Positions 1-13,406 of a stretch of DNA of 64,000 bases are shown here, piece by piece. Location: contig JAWMAR010000471.1 of NCBI GenBank assembly GCA_036785375.1, positions 992,001 through 1,056,000 on the forward strand. Direction: 5' to 3'. The translations under genes and the position numbers were made by a program. Origin of the DNA: Leucoraja ocellata (Eukaryota). The stretch's first letter is position 1, and the number at the start of each line of letters is the position of its first letter. The notes beneath the pieces are model-generated. The model was not told where the DNA came from, made no database searches, and saw nothing but the letters and a program-made list of their open reading frames with translations.

Positions 1-875
1 ACACCCACAGGCAATGGGTGAACCTATCTCTGTTCATTTGCAATTGCCGGCTCTGACAGTCCTTAACAAATCCACAGATACCATCCGCCTCTCTGTGAGT
101 CGCTGCATTGATGTTTAAGATAGTTTGGGACTTCTATCCGATTGGGGAAATATGCACTATGTTGATTTCATTTGAAACGTTCTCCGCTTCTATCTTGGTT
201 GTTCTGTGAGTATTGTTCTCTTAAGTATTTTTGCGTAGCCTATTTCCTTCGCTCCAACGATGCTGCTGCTCCCGCTGAGTTTGTCCATCATTTTTGTGTA
301 CCTTCCTTTAAAGCGAATTTCAGTATAGTCATTTTTCTTGGAACATTGTTATTCGACAATAGACATTAAGTGCAGTAGTGGGCCATTCTGACCTTCAAGT
401 CAGCACCGCCACTCACCGCGACCATGGCTGAACATCCACAATCACTCCACCGCTCCTGCCCCCCCCCCCCCCCCCCCCCACACCACCAACACTGTTCCAT
501 TCCATTAGCCCCAAGACATCTATCTAACTCTGTCCCGAACGCATCCCGACAATATCTGGATTATGTTTAATGCCAGCCTTCCAGTGTCTTCCAGTGTATT
601 TCTTCTGCCCATGTATCCTTATTTCCTGACAGTCAGCAAATAGGTATCCATTGAAAAAAGGCCACATTAACGAATACTTTCCCCAGAAAACACTTACATA
701 CTTAAATACAATGTAATTAAGTTATTTACGTTAAGTAAATTTACCTCATTGACATAGAACGTTCTTGAATAGATACTTAAAGAAAACACACATATGCTGA
801 CCGAAAACTAGGGGGTGGCGAGGCTTGAGAGATTCGTTTTATCACTACTCACAATCTGTCTCCCGCTGTCCACAG

Positions 876-1786
876 CTAATTTGATGACGACTGTGATACT
901 AGCACAGGGAAGATGCGGGCTCTCCAAATGTATCAGCCGCTATCTGTTGTCCATGGCGGTGATGGACTTCCTAGTCATCGTGGCGGCAGTGATATTAAGC
1001 CGTCTGCGAGCTCTTTATTTCCCCGATAGTTTGCTATCCACCACTCCCGGCTGCAGCCTCGTTATTGCGTTCAGTTGGTTTTTCAAGGACACTTCCGCCT
1101 GGTTAACGGTGGCGTTCACCTTCGATCGATTCATCGCCATTTGCTGTCCGCATCTGAAAGTCCGATATTGCACGGAGAAAATAGCGACTGGCGTCATCGG
1201 AACGGTGTGTGTGTTGTACTGTGTAAAAAACGTACCTTTCTTTTTTACATATGAACCTGCGTATGTGTTGGATAATATACCTTGGTACTGCAGCCTAAAG
1301 GATGTCTATTATACTTCACTTGCATGGAAGATATATGACTGGCTACTCTATATGGTAAACCCATGCGTACCGTTCGTGCTCATTTTGCTTCTCAATGTTT
1401 TCACGGTCAGGCACATTGTAGCGGCCAGCAGCGCCCGCAAGAGATTGCGAGCTCAGAGCCATGGGGATAAGCAGAATGACCCAGAGATGGAGAGCAGGAG
1501 AAAGTCCATTATTATACTATTCGCCATTTCGGGCAGCTTCCTGATCTTGCGATTGAACAATTTTGTTAATTTTGTAATGGTGCAATTTTTCAACAAAAAT
1601 TATGCGAACAATTCCAATTCCACCAACCCAATGTTCATTCTGCAAGAAAGCGGTTACATGATGGAACTTCTCAGTTCATGCACCAACACGTGCATTTATG
1701 CGGGTACTCAGGCTAAATTCAGAGAACAGTTGAAGAATCTGGTCAAATGGCCCTTCGAGGCAATTTGCAATCGATTCAAACAATAG
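876..1786 (+). CDS. Class A GPCR of the GPR139/GPR142-like chondrichthyan family, main exon (exon 1 not found in window)
   Basis: Open frame with TM helices, ILAQGRCGLSKCISRY, FTFDRF and SSCTNTCIY motifs. Acceptor ctgtccacag ends at 875 in phase 1, the same position as in the paralogs. Residues 815-875 of the ORF track are probably intronic. Confidence 0.85.
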
Positions 1787-1913
1787 GAACGACTGAAATA
1801 TCTTGTCTCGGATTCCTAATAAACAAGTGGAAAGTTAATTGCCAACGGAGCAGGAGTTGTGTTTTTATTTTATTTTTAGCTACACGGTCTAGGTTCTGAA
1901 TGATGAGTACTGT

Positions 1914-2305
1914 GAAACATAGAAACATAGAAACATAGAAATTAGGCGCAGTAGTAGGCCATTCGGCCCTTCGAGCCTGCACCGCCATTCAATATGATCA
2001 TGGCTGATCATCCAACTCAGTATCCCGTACCTGCCTTCTCTCCATACCCTCTGATCCCCTTAGCCACAAGGGCCACATCTAACTCCCTCTTAAATATAGC
2101 CAATGAACTGGCCTCGACTGCCCTCTGCGGCAGAGAGTTCCAGAGATTCACCACTCTCTGTGTGAAAAAAGTTCTTCTCATCTCGGTTTTAAAGGATTGC
2201 CCCCTTATCCTTAAGCTGTGACCCCTTGTCCTGGACTTCCCCAACATCGGGAGCAATCTTCCTGCATCTAGCCTGTCGAACCCCTTAAGAATTTAGTAAG
2301 TTTTT
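1914..2305 (-). mobile_element. CR1/HER1-like LINE 3' fragment
   Basis: RT C-terminal peptide [24 protein letters not shown]; (GAAACATA)n tail at ~1914-1940. Confidence 0.85.
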
Positions 2306-2639
2306 GAACTTGCAGCAACAGTCGGCGCGACGCGACGCGAAGGGTTGTAATCTCGCTAACATTTATCGACAATGGGTCAGGAGTAGGACAATCGGCCCTT
2401 CGACCCTGCACCGCCATTCGATGTGATCATGGCCGATCATCGTCAATCAGAACCCCGTTCATGCCCTCTCCCCATATACACTGACTCCGCATATCTGATG
2501 AATGATATTTAATGATATTACACCTCGTGCTCGGTTCAATTTCTGTGTGACCTCTGCAACATAAGCAGGTGTCGCTTCCAATGAAATCAAATATTGTCCA
2601 CTATTGTTGTGTCTTCAATCGAATGAGCAACAATTTCGC

Positions 2640-3075
2640 TGAAATTCAGTATTTCAATATTCAGTGTTCAGTATTTACTTTAATGTCATTTTAACTGAGT
2701 ACTTACATACACAGAAGACACGGAAAAAAAATGTTTCTCAATCAGTTCCCGTCAGTGCAGTTAATAAATAGGAATAAATACATCTAGGTTTAAAATTAAA
2801 ATTACCATATCTAAAATAGGCCTAAAAATTAAAATAAAAACAGACATTCAGACCGAACTGTGGCTTTGCTTTGACAGGTGCCTAGCCGTCAAAGTATGAG
2901 CGAGGTTAGATGTGTTGGTGTATGATATATGGGGAGGGGACACAGTCCGTTAACCAGTATTCTTCCCTGTGGAAAGAAGCTGTGTAGCATCCTGCTGGTT
3001 TTGCAGCTGATGCTCCTGTAACTCTTCACAGATGGCAGAATGGAGAAAATGTGGTGTGATGGATGATAGCGATTT
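2640..3075 (-). mobile_element. Degenerate Rex1/Babar-like LINE 3' fragment (partial copy at ~14633-14750)
   Basis: HPSHHIFSILPSVKSYRSISCKTSR..SFFPQ resembles the C-terminus of the element at 22348-25274. Confidence 0.55.
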
Positions 3076-3559
3076 GCCATAAGGAAAGTAGCAGCATAAT
3101 TTGGTCAGAACAATTTGAAAGCGGTGTTTAGTTGGTATGTCAACACCTAACGATTTGGATTGTTTTAAATTCGAGCTGATCGTCATATTCTGGTGAGGTG
3201 GGAGAGATAAAGATGGCGAGGTAATCAGACTTTAAATCATAATGGGAGTTGTAAATTTGGGCAAAATGAAAAAGCGAAGCTTTTTTAAGGTTTCAAAGAT
3301 TAATTCAGATGAGCCCTTTGAGGAATAAACCAAGCAGGTAAAAATAACTGGAAATTAATCAAGGTAAAAGGGGCCATGAAATGTTGTTGGCGAGTGGGAC
3401 CCGAAAAGTCTCCAGGGATTTTTAACGGGTACATTAAAAAAAACCAAGAAGTAACCAAGGCGAAGTTAGAGTCGATCGAAGGTTAAGAATGTAATTTATG
3501 CTTGAGGTGAGAGAATGTAGGTATAAGACCCCCCCCCCCCCCTCAATATTCCAAATCAT

Positions 3560-6500
3560 TGTACTCGCTAGAATTTTGAAGAGTGAGGGGAGATCTTATA
3601 GAAACTTGCAAAATTCTTAAAGGGTTGGACATGGTAGGGTAGACACAGGAAGATTATTCCCGATGTTGAGGAAGTCCAGAAGACAGGGTCACAGTTTAAG
3701 GATAAGGGGAAAATCATTTAGGACCGAGATGAAAAAAAAATGTTTTACACAGAGAGTGGTGAATCTCTGGAATTCTCTGTCACATAAGGTAGTTGGGGCC
3801 AGTTCATTGGCTATATTTAAGAGGGAGTTAGATGTGGCCCTTGTGGATAAACGTATCAGTTGGTGTGGAGAGAAGGCAGGTACAGGATACTGAGTTGGAT
3901 GATCAGCCATGATGATATTGAATGGCGGTGCAGGCTCGAAGGGCCGAAGGGCCCACTCCTGCACCTATTTTTTATGTTTCTATGTTTCTATGTACTGTAC
4001 AAAATTAAAACTTTGCATCGATATTCACGAAGGAGGTAGACATGGGGCATAGCGAGAACTGTGGGGAGATTGATCAATATATTGGCATTTTTTAGATCAA
4101 AGAGGAGTCGGGGATATGGTTCTTGAAGTGCATTGTAGATGAATATTCGGTTCTCGTCGGGATCTATCGTAGGTTAATGAAAGAGGGGAAAGCATGCAGG
4201 GGCCTTGGCAAAGATCTTTGCACAATTACCGACACAGACGAGGACCAGAAGGACAAACAATAGCCAAAGTTCATCCTTTGATTAAGAAATAACCAATGCA
4301 ACTAAAAAAAGCCTAACCCAAAAACCTAAAACAAAAATCCTATAATCTAGAAATAATTCGCAAATCTCACGTGAACGTAGGAAATTCACTAAACTATGAA
4401 CATTAAAGATTAATCATTAACCATTAACTAAGAGGGTGATAAATCTGGGGGGGGGGGGGGGGGGGGGGGGGGATCTTTGCCACAGAAGGCTGTGGAGACA
4501 AAGTCGGTGGATATATTTAACCATATAAACCATATAACCATATAACAATTACAGCACGGAAACAGGCCACCTCGACCCTTCTAGTCCGTGCCGAACACAT
4601 ATTCTCCCCTAGTCCCATATACCTGCGTTCAGACCATAACCCTCCATTCCTTTCCCGTCCATATAACTATCCAATTTATTTTTAAATGATAAAAACGAAC
4701 CTGCCTCCACCACCTTGACTGGAAGCTCATTCCACACAGCCCCCACTCTCTGAGTAAAGAAGTTCCCCCTCATGTTACCCCTAAACTTATGTCGCTTAAT
4801 TCTCAAGTCATGTCCCCTAGTTTGAATCTTCCCTACTCTCAGTGGGAAAAGCTTATCCACGTCAACTCTGTCTATCCCTCTCATCATTTTAAAGATCTCC
4901 ATCAAGTCCCCCCTTAACCTTTAGGCAGGTATCAATAGATTCTTGATCAGTACGGGTGTCACAGGTTATAGAAACAAATACAAAGAAACAGGGGAAATAA
5001 GTGCAGGAATAGGCCATTCCGGCCTTCGAACCGGCATCATCCGAAATCAATACCCCGTTCTGCTTTCTCCCCATGTCCATTTATCTTAAGAACTATAGGT
5101 AATTATTTATTGAAACCATCCAGAAAATTGGAATCCACTCCCTTCTGTGACAGCGAATTCCACATATTCACAACATACAGGGTTAAAAGCGTTTTCCTCA
5201 TCTCCGTCCTAAATGACCTCACCTTTATTCATCTACTGTGACCCATAGTTCTAGACTTCCCCCACATCGGGAGCATTTTTCTTGCATGTGGCCTGTCCAA
5301 TCTCTCAAGAATGTTATATGTTTTTATAAGATCCCCTCTCATCATTCTAAATTCCAGTGATTATAAGCCCAGTCGATCCATTCCTTCATTATATGTCCGC
5401 CCTGCCATCACGAAAATAAACCTGGTGAACATACGTTGCAATCCCTCACTAGCACGAACTTCTTTTCTCAAAATAGGAGACTAAAATTGCACACAATACT
5501 CCAGGTGCGGTCTCAACAGGGCCTGGGACAACTGCTGTATGACCTCTTTGCTTCTATACTCAATTCCTCTAGCTAAGAAGGCCAACATGCCATTTACTTT
5601 CTTCATTGCGGCACAGAGGCCACGAGACACGAGAGACATAAGTTCCGGAGATGTACATGCGATCGATACGGGAACCACCCCCTCAGACCTGCGCGAAAAA
5701 GCGTTGGAATCGGGGTGGAGCTGAAAGAAACCTATCAAAGATTCATAAAACACATTTTCACCTTTATTTAGTTGGAAATAAACTTCCAATTTTGTTCCCA
5801 GAGCCAGGGGCCACACACAGTTTAAGAATAAGGGCTAAGCCATTTAGAACGGAGACGAGGAATCATTTTTTCTCACAGAAAGTTGCGAGTCTGTGGAAAT
5901 CTCTGCCTCAGAGGGCGATGGAGGCCGGTTCTCTGGATGCTTTCAAGAGAGAGCCAGATATGGCTCTTAAAAATAGCGGAGTCAGGGGATATTCGGAGCG
6001 GAGGCAGAGGGAGTACAGAGAAGGTTCACCAGACTGATTCCTGGGATGTCAGGACTTTCATATGAAGAAAGACTGGAAGGACTCGGTAGAATTTAGACGA
6101 TTGAGGGGGGATCTTATAGAAACTTACAAAATTCTTAAGGGGTTGGACAGGCTAGGTGCAGGAAGATTGTTCCCGATGTTGGGGAAGTCCAGAACAAGGG
6201 GTCACAATTTAAGGATAAGGGGGAAATCTTTTAGGACCGAGATGAGGAAAACCTTTTTCACACAGAGAGTGGTGAATCTCTGGAATTCTCTGCCGCAGAA
6301 GGTAGTTGAGGCCTGTTCATTGGCTATATTTAAGAGGGAGTTAGATGTGGCCCTTGTGGATAAACGTATCAGTTGGTGTGGAGAGAAGGCAGGTACAGAT
6401 TACTGAGTTGGATGATCAGCCATGATCATATTGAATGGCGGTGAGACTCGAAGGGCCGAATGGCCTACTCCTGCACCTATCTTCTATGTTTCCATGTTTC

Positions 6501-6625
6501 TATGATATGGGGAGAAGGCAGGAACGGGGTACTGATTGGGATGATCAGCCATGATCACATTGAATGGCGGTGCTGGCTCGAATGGCCGAATGGCCTACTC
6601 CTGCCCCTACTGTCTATTGTCTATT
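3560..6625. mobile_element. Cluster of CR1/HER1-like fragments in both orientations (paralogous cluster at ~15285-18330)
   Basis: Repeated [20 protein letters not shown] and RPHLEYCVQF peptides and (TTTCTATG)n tails. Confidence 0.8.
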
Positions 6626-7353
6626 CTTTCACTTCAGGACAGCAAGTTTTAAAACACCCACATAGTAATGCTTTGTAGAGTTGATCGGCATTAATCATCA
6701 ATATTTTTTTGGGAGATGCAATATACTTTCAATGTGGACAACAGCGGAGAAGGTAATAGTCTAGCAAATTAATTCAAGCCATTTGGACTATGGACGCCGC
6801 TGCATCCAAAGACACAGACAAGTTGGAAAAGGGACAATGAGCTTCGTTCCGATTGTGCCTGCCTACCGGAGAGAAATATGGTTCACAATTTTCCGCATCA
6901 CACCGAATAATTCCGCTCAGATTTACATTTCACCGAATTCGCGACTAAACATGTCCCCGTGAGGGGATGCTGCATGATAATGTTGGCAGAGTTGACATAT
7001 GGGCACCTGGAGGAGTCTTGTGGCAACGGTACGTTTGTTTCAATGAGAAAAGGAAATCAAATATACAACACGTTGCACGCATTTAACTGAAAATAATCAC
7101 TCGTTTTGAAAACAATATGTTCCAGGCATATGCATATATATTCGTGAAAAAACAGAAGTTGAATGATTGAACTGAGCACTTGGGAAAACGTACAAGAGGT
7201 GAGACTCAATTGAAGAAGAAGTTGGGCGTGACCGACAGGGCGAATGGACATAAAATGTCCACACATTAAATGCTGTGTTTTCATAAATACCCTACAGCAA
7301 AGCAACGCATGAAGCACAGCTGGTCACTCGCTTTTGCTATATTATTTTAACTA

Positions 7354-9790
7354 TCAGTTTGCCAATTTAAATAACTTTCCAGTGCAACGGATCGGGTACG
7401 TTAGCACACGGAACAGCTCCTCTCTGAACTTGCTCTGGGTCACGGTGTAAATGGCCGTGTTGGTGCACGAGCTCAGCAGCTGAAGCATGTATCCAACATT
7501 TTCCAATCCTTCCAAAGGGTTTCCCCAGGCCTTGTGCATAAACACATTCAAACATCGAACCGCAATAAAATATGCAACACTTGTGGCCCAGAGCAGGATG
7601 AAAGAGCTCGAGATTGCCAGAGTAAAACGACCGACCGTCTGCGGTTCACCATCTCCTGGTCTTTCTTTTTCTCCCCACCGCTGAGGTTCCGGAGGTCCAT
7701 GCGGACCTGACTGGCCACGGAAATACGTCTGACGGTGAGCGCGTTAAACAACAAAATCAGGCAGAATGGAATCACCGGGGTGAACAACTGTTCGGCCCAA
7801 GAGAACACCATCCATTCGGGATGAATGTAAAAATGTACGAGTTTGAAGCAGCCTAGTTCTCTACCCGTTCCTCGATAAGAAGTGTATGCGAAGGGCAAGG
7901 GTAGATGTTTGAGGCAGACGAGCGGGCTCACCGTCAGGATAACAATCGTCGCCGTTCTCTCGGTGCAATAGTTGGTTTTCATTTTCTGAGTAGAAATCGC
8001 AACAAAGCGATCAAAGGTGAAAGCGACTGTGAACCAAACAGAACAATTCACAGAGACTGATGCCAGGTAGATTGTTATTTTACACACAGGAGTGTAGGGC
8101 AAGGAAGCATGCCACCAATACATATCGGCAATCCGGTGAAATATCACCTCACAGAAAATCACAGAGAGGTCCGCGGTCGCCATGGCTACCATGTAACGAG
8201 TGATGCACTTGGAGAGGCCGCACTTGCCACGGGACAGGATCACAATCGCCATCAGATTCACTGGGAAATAATGAAAACAGAAACTGATTAATTGTGTGGT
8301 GGGTGGGAGCAGACGGAGTCATTTAAACCTGTGTCGCCAGTGGCAGAGACTATTTTGTTTAACGAATCAATATTTGGGTAAATCACCCGTCAAACGTTTG
8401 CCAAAAAGTTGTTCAATCTGTAAATTATTAAATTCCTGATTACCAAAATTAGTGGGATTGCCTTATGTAGAAAATAATTACATAAAGATGAAAATATTGG
8501 TGCAAAAGGCAATCCGATTTTAGAAATCAGGAATTTAATCTGCAAATGAATAAATCCCGTTGACCAAATTAGTGGGATTGCCTTATGTACTAATTTTCAC
8601 AAAATTATGCCAATCGCTTGATATTGATGTAACATCCATCGTTTGCATCGTGGCATTGAGTCACTCGTGGTCTGGATTAACGCGGTCTGTTTTCCATTGG
8701 GCCTTCGAGAATGTATTTCCGAACATGAAAGGGTTTCAGTGAAGCGCAGCAAATATAATTACAAACAACCTTCACAAACAAGGCTAACAACATAACGGGC
8801 AAGTATTTTCTGCCGAATATCGGGCGGGCCTCCGTACGGTACCTGACAAAAAAAGGTGCTGGAGTATCTCAGTGGCGGAGGCAATATCTCTGGAGGACAT
8901 AGATATGCGACGTATCAGCTCGAGACCCTTCTTCAGACTCCGATCGGCAGAATGATCCTGACCCGATACGTCGACTGCGTCGGTCCTCCAGAGATGCTGC
9001 AAGACTGGCTGAGTTAACCAGTTCTTTGGTTCCACTGCAAGATCGCTGCACGTGTAGTTTATTTCATCTGTGCTCCGTTTTTGTGGAACAGGTTGTTTGT
9101 ACGACCTTCAAATCTGGCTTTGCTAAATTATCCCTATGAGAATTTAAGAGCGATACGGAAAATGCAGTGTCAAATGACTGATCGGGGTTTATTCTCGTTC
9201 TGCCGAGTGCAGTACGCACAGTGGAACAGAAACTGCCACTCACAGCGAGGACGAAGTTCCCTTTCACCTCGCAACAGCGCAAGTACGGACATTGATTTTA
9301 GTAAAAAGCCACGAAGGCTACATTTCTGCCAGCTTCAATGAGCGGCATCCATCACATATACCAACGCGCTACCTCGCTCCTAAGATGCACATCGCTTATT
9401 TTATTTTAGTTTAGGAATACAGCGCGAAAGCACAACTACCGGCCCACCTAATCCGCACCGATCACGCACACTCCTACACACACAAGGAACAATTTATTTT
9501 ACTTTTATGGAGCGTGGGAGCAAACCGAAGATCTCGGGGAAACCCCAAAAGGATACGGGGAAAACGTACAGACTCCGTACAGCCAAGCGCTGTAAGACAG
9601 TTACTCTAGCGCTGTACCAGCGTGCGGTCCGAACCCCCGCTCGGCTACTCGCTATGTCCTCTTAACCTTTAATATTCTGCGCTCTTCAAACATGAGATGT
9701 GCCGACAATTACCTACCAGGTATACCGATTGCTGCCAGAATCGGATAATACACAAGTACTATTTTTAACCGCGATCGGAATAACGTGCAT
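7354..9790 (-). pseudogene. GPR139-like GPCR copy A; exon 1 9717-9790, exon 2 7354-8260; frameshifted
   Basis: Exon 1 is 74 nt versus 73 nt in intact copies (+1). There is a 1-nt deletion near 7620 (GCCAGAGTAAA versus GCCAGAAGTAAA). Sequencing error is possible. Confidence 0.75.
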
Positions 9791-10074
9791 TGTAATGCGA
9801 CGGTCCAGGCGATCACTCCTTGTGCTGCCGCTCAGCGGTTGTCAGCGAAACAAACCAATATCTGGCATATTTATAATGTAAATGAAGGGAAAAACAGGCA
9901 ACGAGATTACATCCCTGCGGACATTACTTACACATTTTTGAACAAACATCTAATGTTTTCCATGTAACTTTCAAAATGATCTTATCCTGAAGAATAAGTT
10001 CTGAAACGTTGCCTATTTCCTTCGCTCCATAGATGCTGCTGCAACCGCTGAGTTTCTCCAGCACTTTTGTCAAC

Positions 10075-11690
10075 CTTATTCTTAAAATGTGGCCCCTGTT
10101 TCTGCACGCCCCCAAATCGAAAACATGGTTCGTGCCCAAACCCCTTAATAATCTTACATGTTTAAATACGATACCCTCTCATCCTTCCAAATTCCAGATT
10201 ATACAAGCTCAGCCGCTCCATTCTCTCAACATGTAACAGCCCCACCATCCCGGGCATTAACCTTGTGAACGAACGCTGCATTCCCTCAATAGCAAGAATA
10301 TTGGACCGGCTAGATGGAGGAAACATGTCTCACCAATGTCCTGTACAACTGTAGAAGGACCTGTACTCCTATGCGCAAATCCTCTCGTTATGAAGGCCAA
10401 CATACCATTATCTTTCTTCACTACCTGGTATAGCTGAATATTTACTTACAGTGGCTAGTGTACAAGGACACCCAAGTCTCGTTGCACATCGCTTTTTCCC
10501 AAATCGCACACCATTGAGATAATAATCTGCTTCCACGTTCTTGCAGTTAAAGTGGATAACCTCACATCTACCTACATTATGCAGCATCTGCCATGAATCT
10601 GCCCACCAGTCCAGCTCACCTTGCATCCACCTCGCATCCTCTTCGCAGTTCACACTACAACCCGGCTTTGTGTCATCTGCAAATTTGCTCGTGTTACTTT
10701 TAATTAGAAACATAGAAACATAGAAATTAGGTGCAGGAGTAGGCCATTCGGCCCTTCGAGCCTGCACCGCCATTCAATATGTCATGGCTGATCATCCAAC
10801 TCAGTATCTCGTACCTGCCTTCTCTCCATACCCTCTGATTCCCTTAGCCACAAGGGCCAAATCTAACTCCCTCTTAAATATAGCCAATGAACTGGCCTAG
10901 ACTACCCTCTGTGGCAGAGAGTTCCAGAGATTCACCACTCTCTGTGTGAAAAAAAGTTCTTGTCATCTCGGTTTTAAAGGATTTCCCCCTTATCCTTAAG
11001 CTGTGACCCCTTGTCCTGGACATCCCCAACATCGGGAGCAATCTTCCTGCATCTAGCCTGTCGAATCCCTTAAGAATTTTGTAAGTTTCTATAAGATCCC
11101 CTCTCAATCTCCTAAATTCTAGAGAGTATAAACCAAGTCTATCCCGCCTTTCTTCATAAGACAGTCCTGACTGTCATATAATTCCATCATATGTATCATT
11201 AATATCTATTCTCAATAGTTGCGGCCCCTGCATCGAGCCTTGCGGCATTCTACTCGCCACTGCCTGCCATTCTGACAGGTAACTCCTTCATCCATTTTAC
11301 TTGTCACATTCTCAAAACATTCCAGAAGATTTGTCAAGCAGCATTTCCTCTTCATAAATCCATGCCGACTTGGACCAATCTTTTAATTGTGTACAAATGC
11401 GCCGTTATTACGGCTTTGACGATTGACTCCAGCATCTTACCCAGCTCCGATAACAGGCCAACTGTTCATTCATTTCCCGTTTTGTCTCTCGCTCCTTTCT
11501 TGAAAAGTGGGATAACATCAGCTACTCTCCAATCCACAGGAACTGATCCTGAATCTATTGAACATTGGAAATGATCACCAATACGTCCACAATGTCTAGA
11601 GCCACCTCCTAGAGTACCCTGTGATATAGACCGTCAGACCCTAGGGATTTATCAACCTTCAGATCCATCGGTTTACCCAATACTATTTCT
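10075..11690 (-). mobile_element. Nested CR1-like fragments between GPCR A and NAR V A
   Basis: SKFADDTK RT motif (ORF 10408-10773), [18 protein letters not shown] tail near 10706. Confidence 0.8.
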
Positions 11691-12429
11691 CGCCCATTTC
11701 ACCCCTCACCAACAGAGCTACTCCACCTCCAGTGCCCAAATGCCTTGATCATATTGAATGTCAGTGCTGTCTCGAAAGGAGAATGACCTACACCTACAGC
11801 TATTTTGCTATGTTTTTCTGTGTTTCTCCATCCCTGCTAGTGACTGCATTAATTGCAATCTGTGTGTTCCCTTTCACTGGCTCATTGACAGTCGGAATTA
11901 TACCGGTACCCAGCCCGACTGTGGGCTCGCATTGATCTTTCGTCGATGTTATAATCCGCGGTGCAGCAATTCCCACCACCTTCGGCCGTACAGCCTCTCA
12001 TCAAACAAACAAACAGACATCATTGCGGAGTTGAACAGGGGTGCTACAGCCTCTGCTGACAGAATACCTCCGCCACCCGTTCAGTTTAGTTTATTTGTCA
12101 CGTATACCGATTGGATAGGGGATTGTGCGTTCACCTTATCTACTGCCCCCATATGTTCAGCTGCCCGAATGGTTCAGATGGTCTACTGAACGTCAGAGAA
12201 ACGTCAGAGCCACATCAGATGTTTCACATCAGATTTCAGCCCACCAACCAAATCAACAGGTTTAAGGGTCCACGTCTAAAACTCTCCCTCTCCTCACAAA
12301 TCGATTGGGATTTTTCCCAAAAATTCCCAGAACATCGCCCGCACCTAAACGAACAGCCCAGCTGAGGTTCCCGCTCAGTTATCCGGGATTGGCTGCAGGA
12401 TCTGTATGGCGACCTGGTTTTCAGACTCT

Positions 12430-12439
12430 CGTCACGTGA
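12430..12439 (+). promoter_or_regulatory. CRE-half-site/E-box motif CGTCACGTGA ~30 bp upstream of the leader ATG (also 27939, 39062, 52118)
   Basis: CGTCA is at the same position in all four V promoters; function inferred. Confidence 0.35.
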
Positions 12440-12464
12440 ACCATTTATTCCCAGAGAGGGCGCG

Positions 12465-12507
12465 ATGGGAATCCTCCTGTGTTTTGTGCTGTCACTCTGC
12501 TTACGCC
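12465..12507 (+). CDS. Leader exon of NAR-TCR V (unit A): MGILLCFVLSLCLR
   Basis: Hydrophobic signal peptide, 43 nt, phase-1 donor GTGAGT at 12508; conserved in all four units. Confidence 0.85.
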
Positions 12508-12658
12508 GTGAGTACCGGTCCCCCTACTCCCACACAGTGCGGGTTATAAAACAACTCGAGTCCACTCCGACCTGAATTTCAAACACTGTCCGCGATGTAT
12601 CCTTCTGCCGCGGTTCGCCTCGAATTCGCACTAACCTCTCCCTGTGTTTCATCTACAG

Positions 12659-12964
12659 ACTCCTTCAGCCAGTCAGTGACCCAGAGCCCGAATGCGGTGA
12701 CTGGAAAAGAGTGTGAGCCCGTCACCATCACCTGCCTTTTCCAAATTCATTTCTGGGGCAGTTACAGATTACAGGCTGGACATTTCTTCAAGCGTGCACA
12801 GTCCGATGCACAGTGGCAGCGGGTCACTCCAGGTGGACGGTTTGTTGTGTGGATTAATATAGCGAAAAAGACCTTTTCGTTGAAAATTATTCGTTTGAGA
12901 GTTGAGGATATGGCCACATATTACTGTCAAGCTGAGTACAAATGGACTAAGCAGCGGGACTACC
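12659..12964 (+). CDS. NAR-TCR-type (VNAR-like) V exon, apparently germline VD-joined (unit A)
   Basis: ctaac branch point and ctacag acceptor. QSVTQ..KECEP..ITC..GGRF..KTFSLKI..VEDMATYYC matches the VNAR pattern (short FR2-CDR2). Ends in KWTKQRDY. Confidence 0.85.
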
Positions 12965-12992
12965 CACAGTGTAGGAGAGTCGAGTAAAAACT
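12965..12992 (+). other. 12-RSS 3' of VD-A
   Basis: CACAGTG - TAGGAGAGTCGA (12 nt) - GTAAAAACT. Confidence 0.85.
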
Positions 12993-13303
12993 CACCCCAT
13001 TCAAGATATATATTCTTGGGTTCCGGAACCAAAATCATACGATTATTGTTCGTGACGCTGTCGTCCAGATAAATTACACAGGGATTACCGCATTCCGTTA
13101 ACATTCCCTAATAATTGGTTCAGTGTTTGTTAAAGCACACCGGCCTGCGTGTTGGAGATCACTCTGCTCTTAGCTCTGTTTCTTAGCGGGAACTGGTCGA
13201 CCCACCGATGAGTTGGAAGAAAGGATAGTTACTGGTTGGTCTGAAACTCCTGGAATAATTGGACCACGATTCTAATGGTTGCCGGGCAAATCGCGGGGAG
13301 AAC

Positions 13304-13342
13304 GGTTCTTGTACCGCGAGCATCGACAGACGGGGCACTGTG
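13304..13342 (+). other. 23-RSS 5' of J-A
   Basis: GGTTCTTGT - 23 nt - CACTGTG. Confidence 0.9.
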
Positions 13343-13406
13343 GATGGGGCTTCATGGAACACTTACTATCAGGATGGGACGGGGACTACGGTGACTGTCA
13401 CAGCCG
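13343..13406 (+). CDS. NAR-type J segment (unit A): DGASWNTYYQDGTGTTVTVTA
   Basis: DGxGTxVTV motif typical of NAR J; 5' RSS; phase-1 GTAAGT donor at 13407. Confidence 0.9.

Noticed and set aside
459-4472. Poly-C/poly-G tracts and short tandem tails
   Set aside because: Simple homopolymers and retroelement tails; no CRISPR-like repeat-spacer structure
12533-12539. CACAGTG in the leader intron, and another at 31119-31125
   Set aside because: No nonamer at 12 or 23 spacing; not conserved in all units
12595-12658. N-terminal extensions of ORF-track V and GPCR ORFs (MYPSAAVRLEF.., MSQSPTVNVK.., MARLERFV..)
   Set aside because: They lie upstream of clear splice acceptors and are intronic read-through; separate leader or first exons were found for the NAR Vs and the minus-strand GPCRs
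12465-13406. Interpretation as IgNAR or Ig light-chain clusters
   Set aside because: No constant exons follow the J; a leaderless CDR1-Cys V with a 23-RSS follows instead
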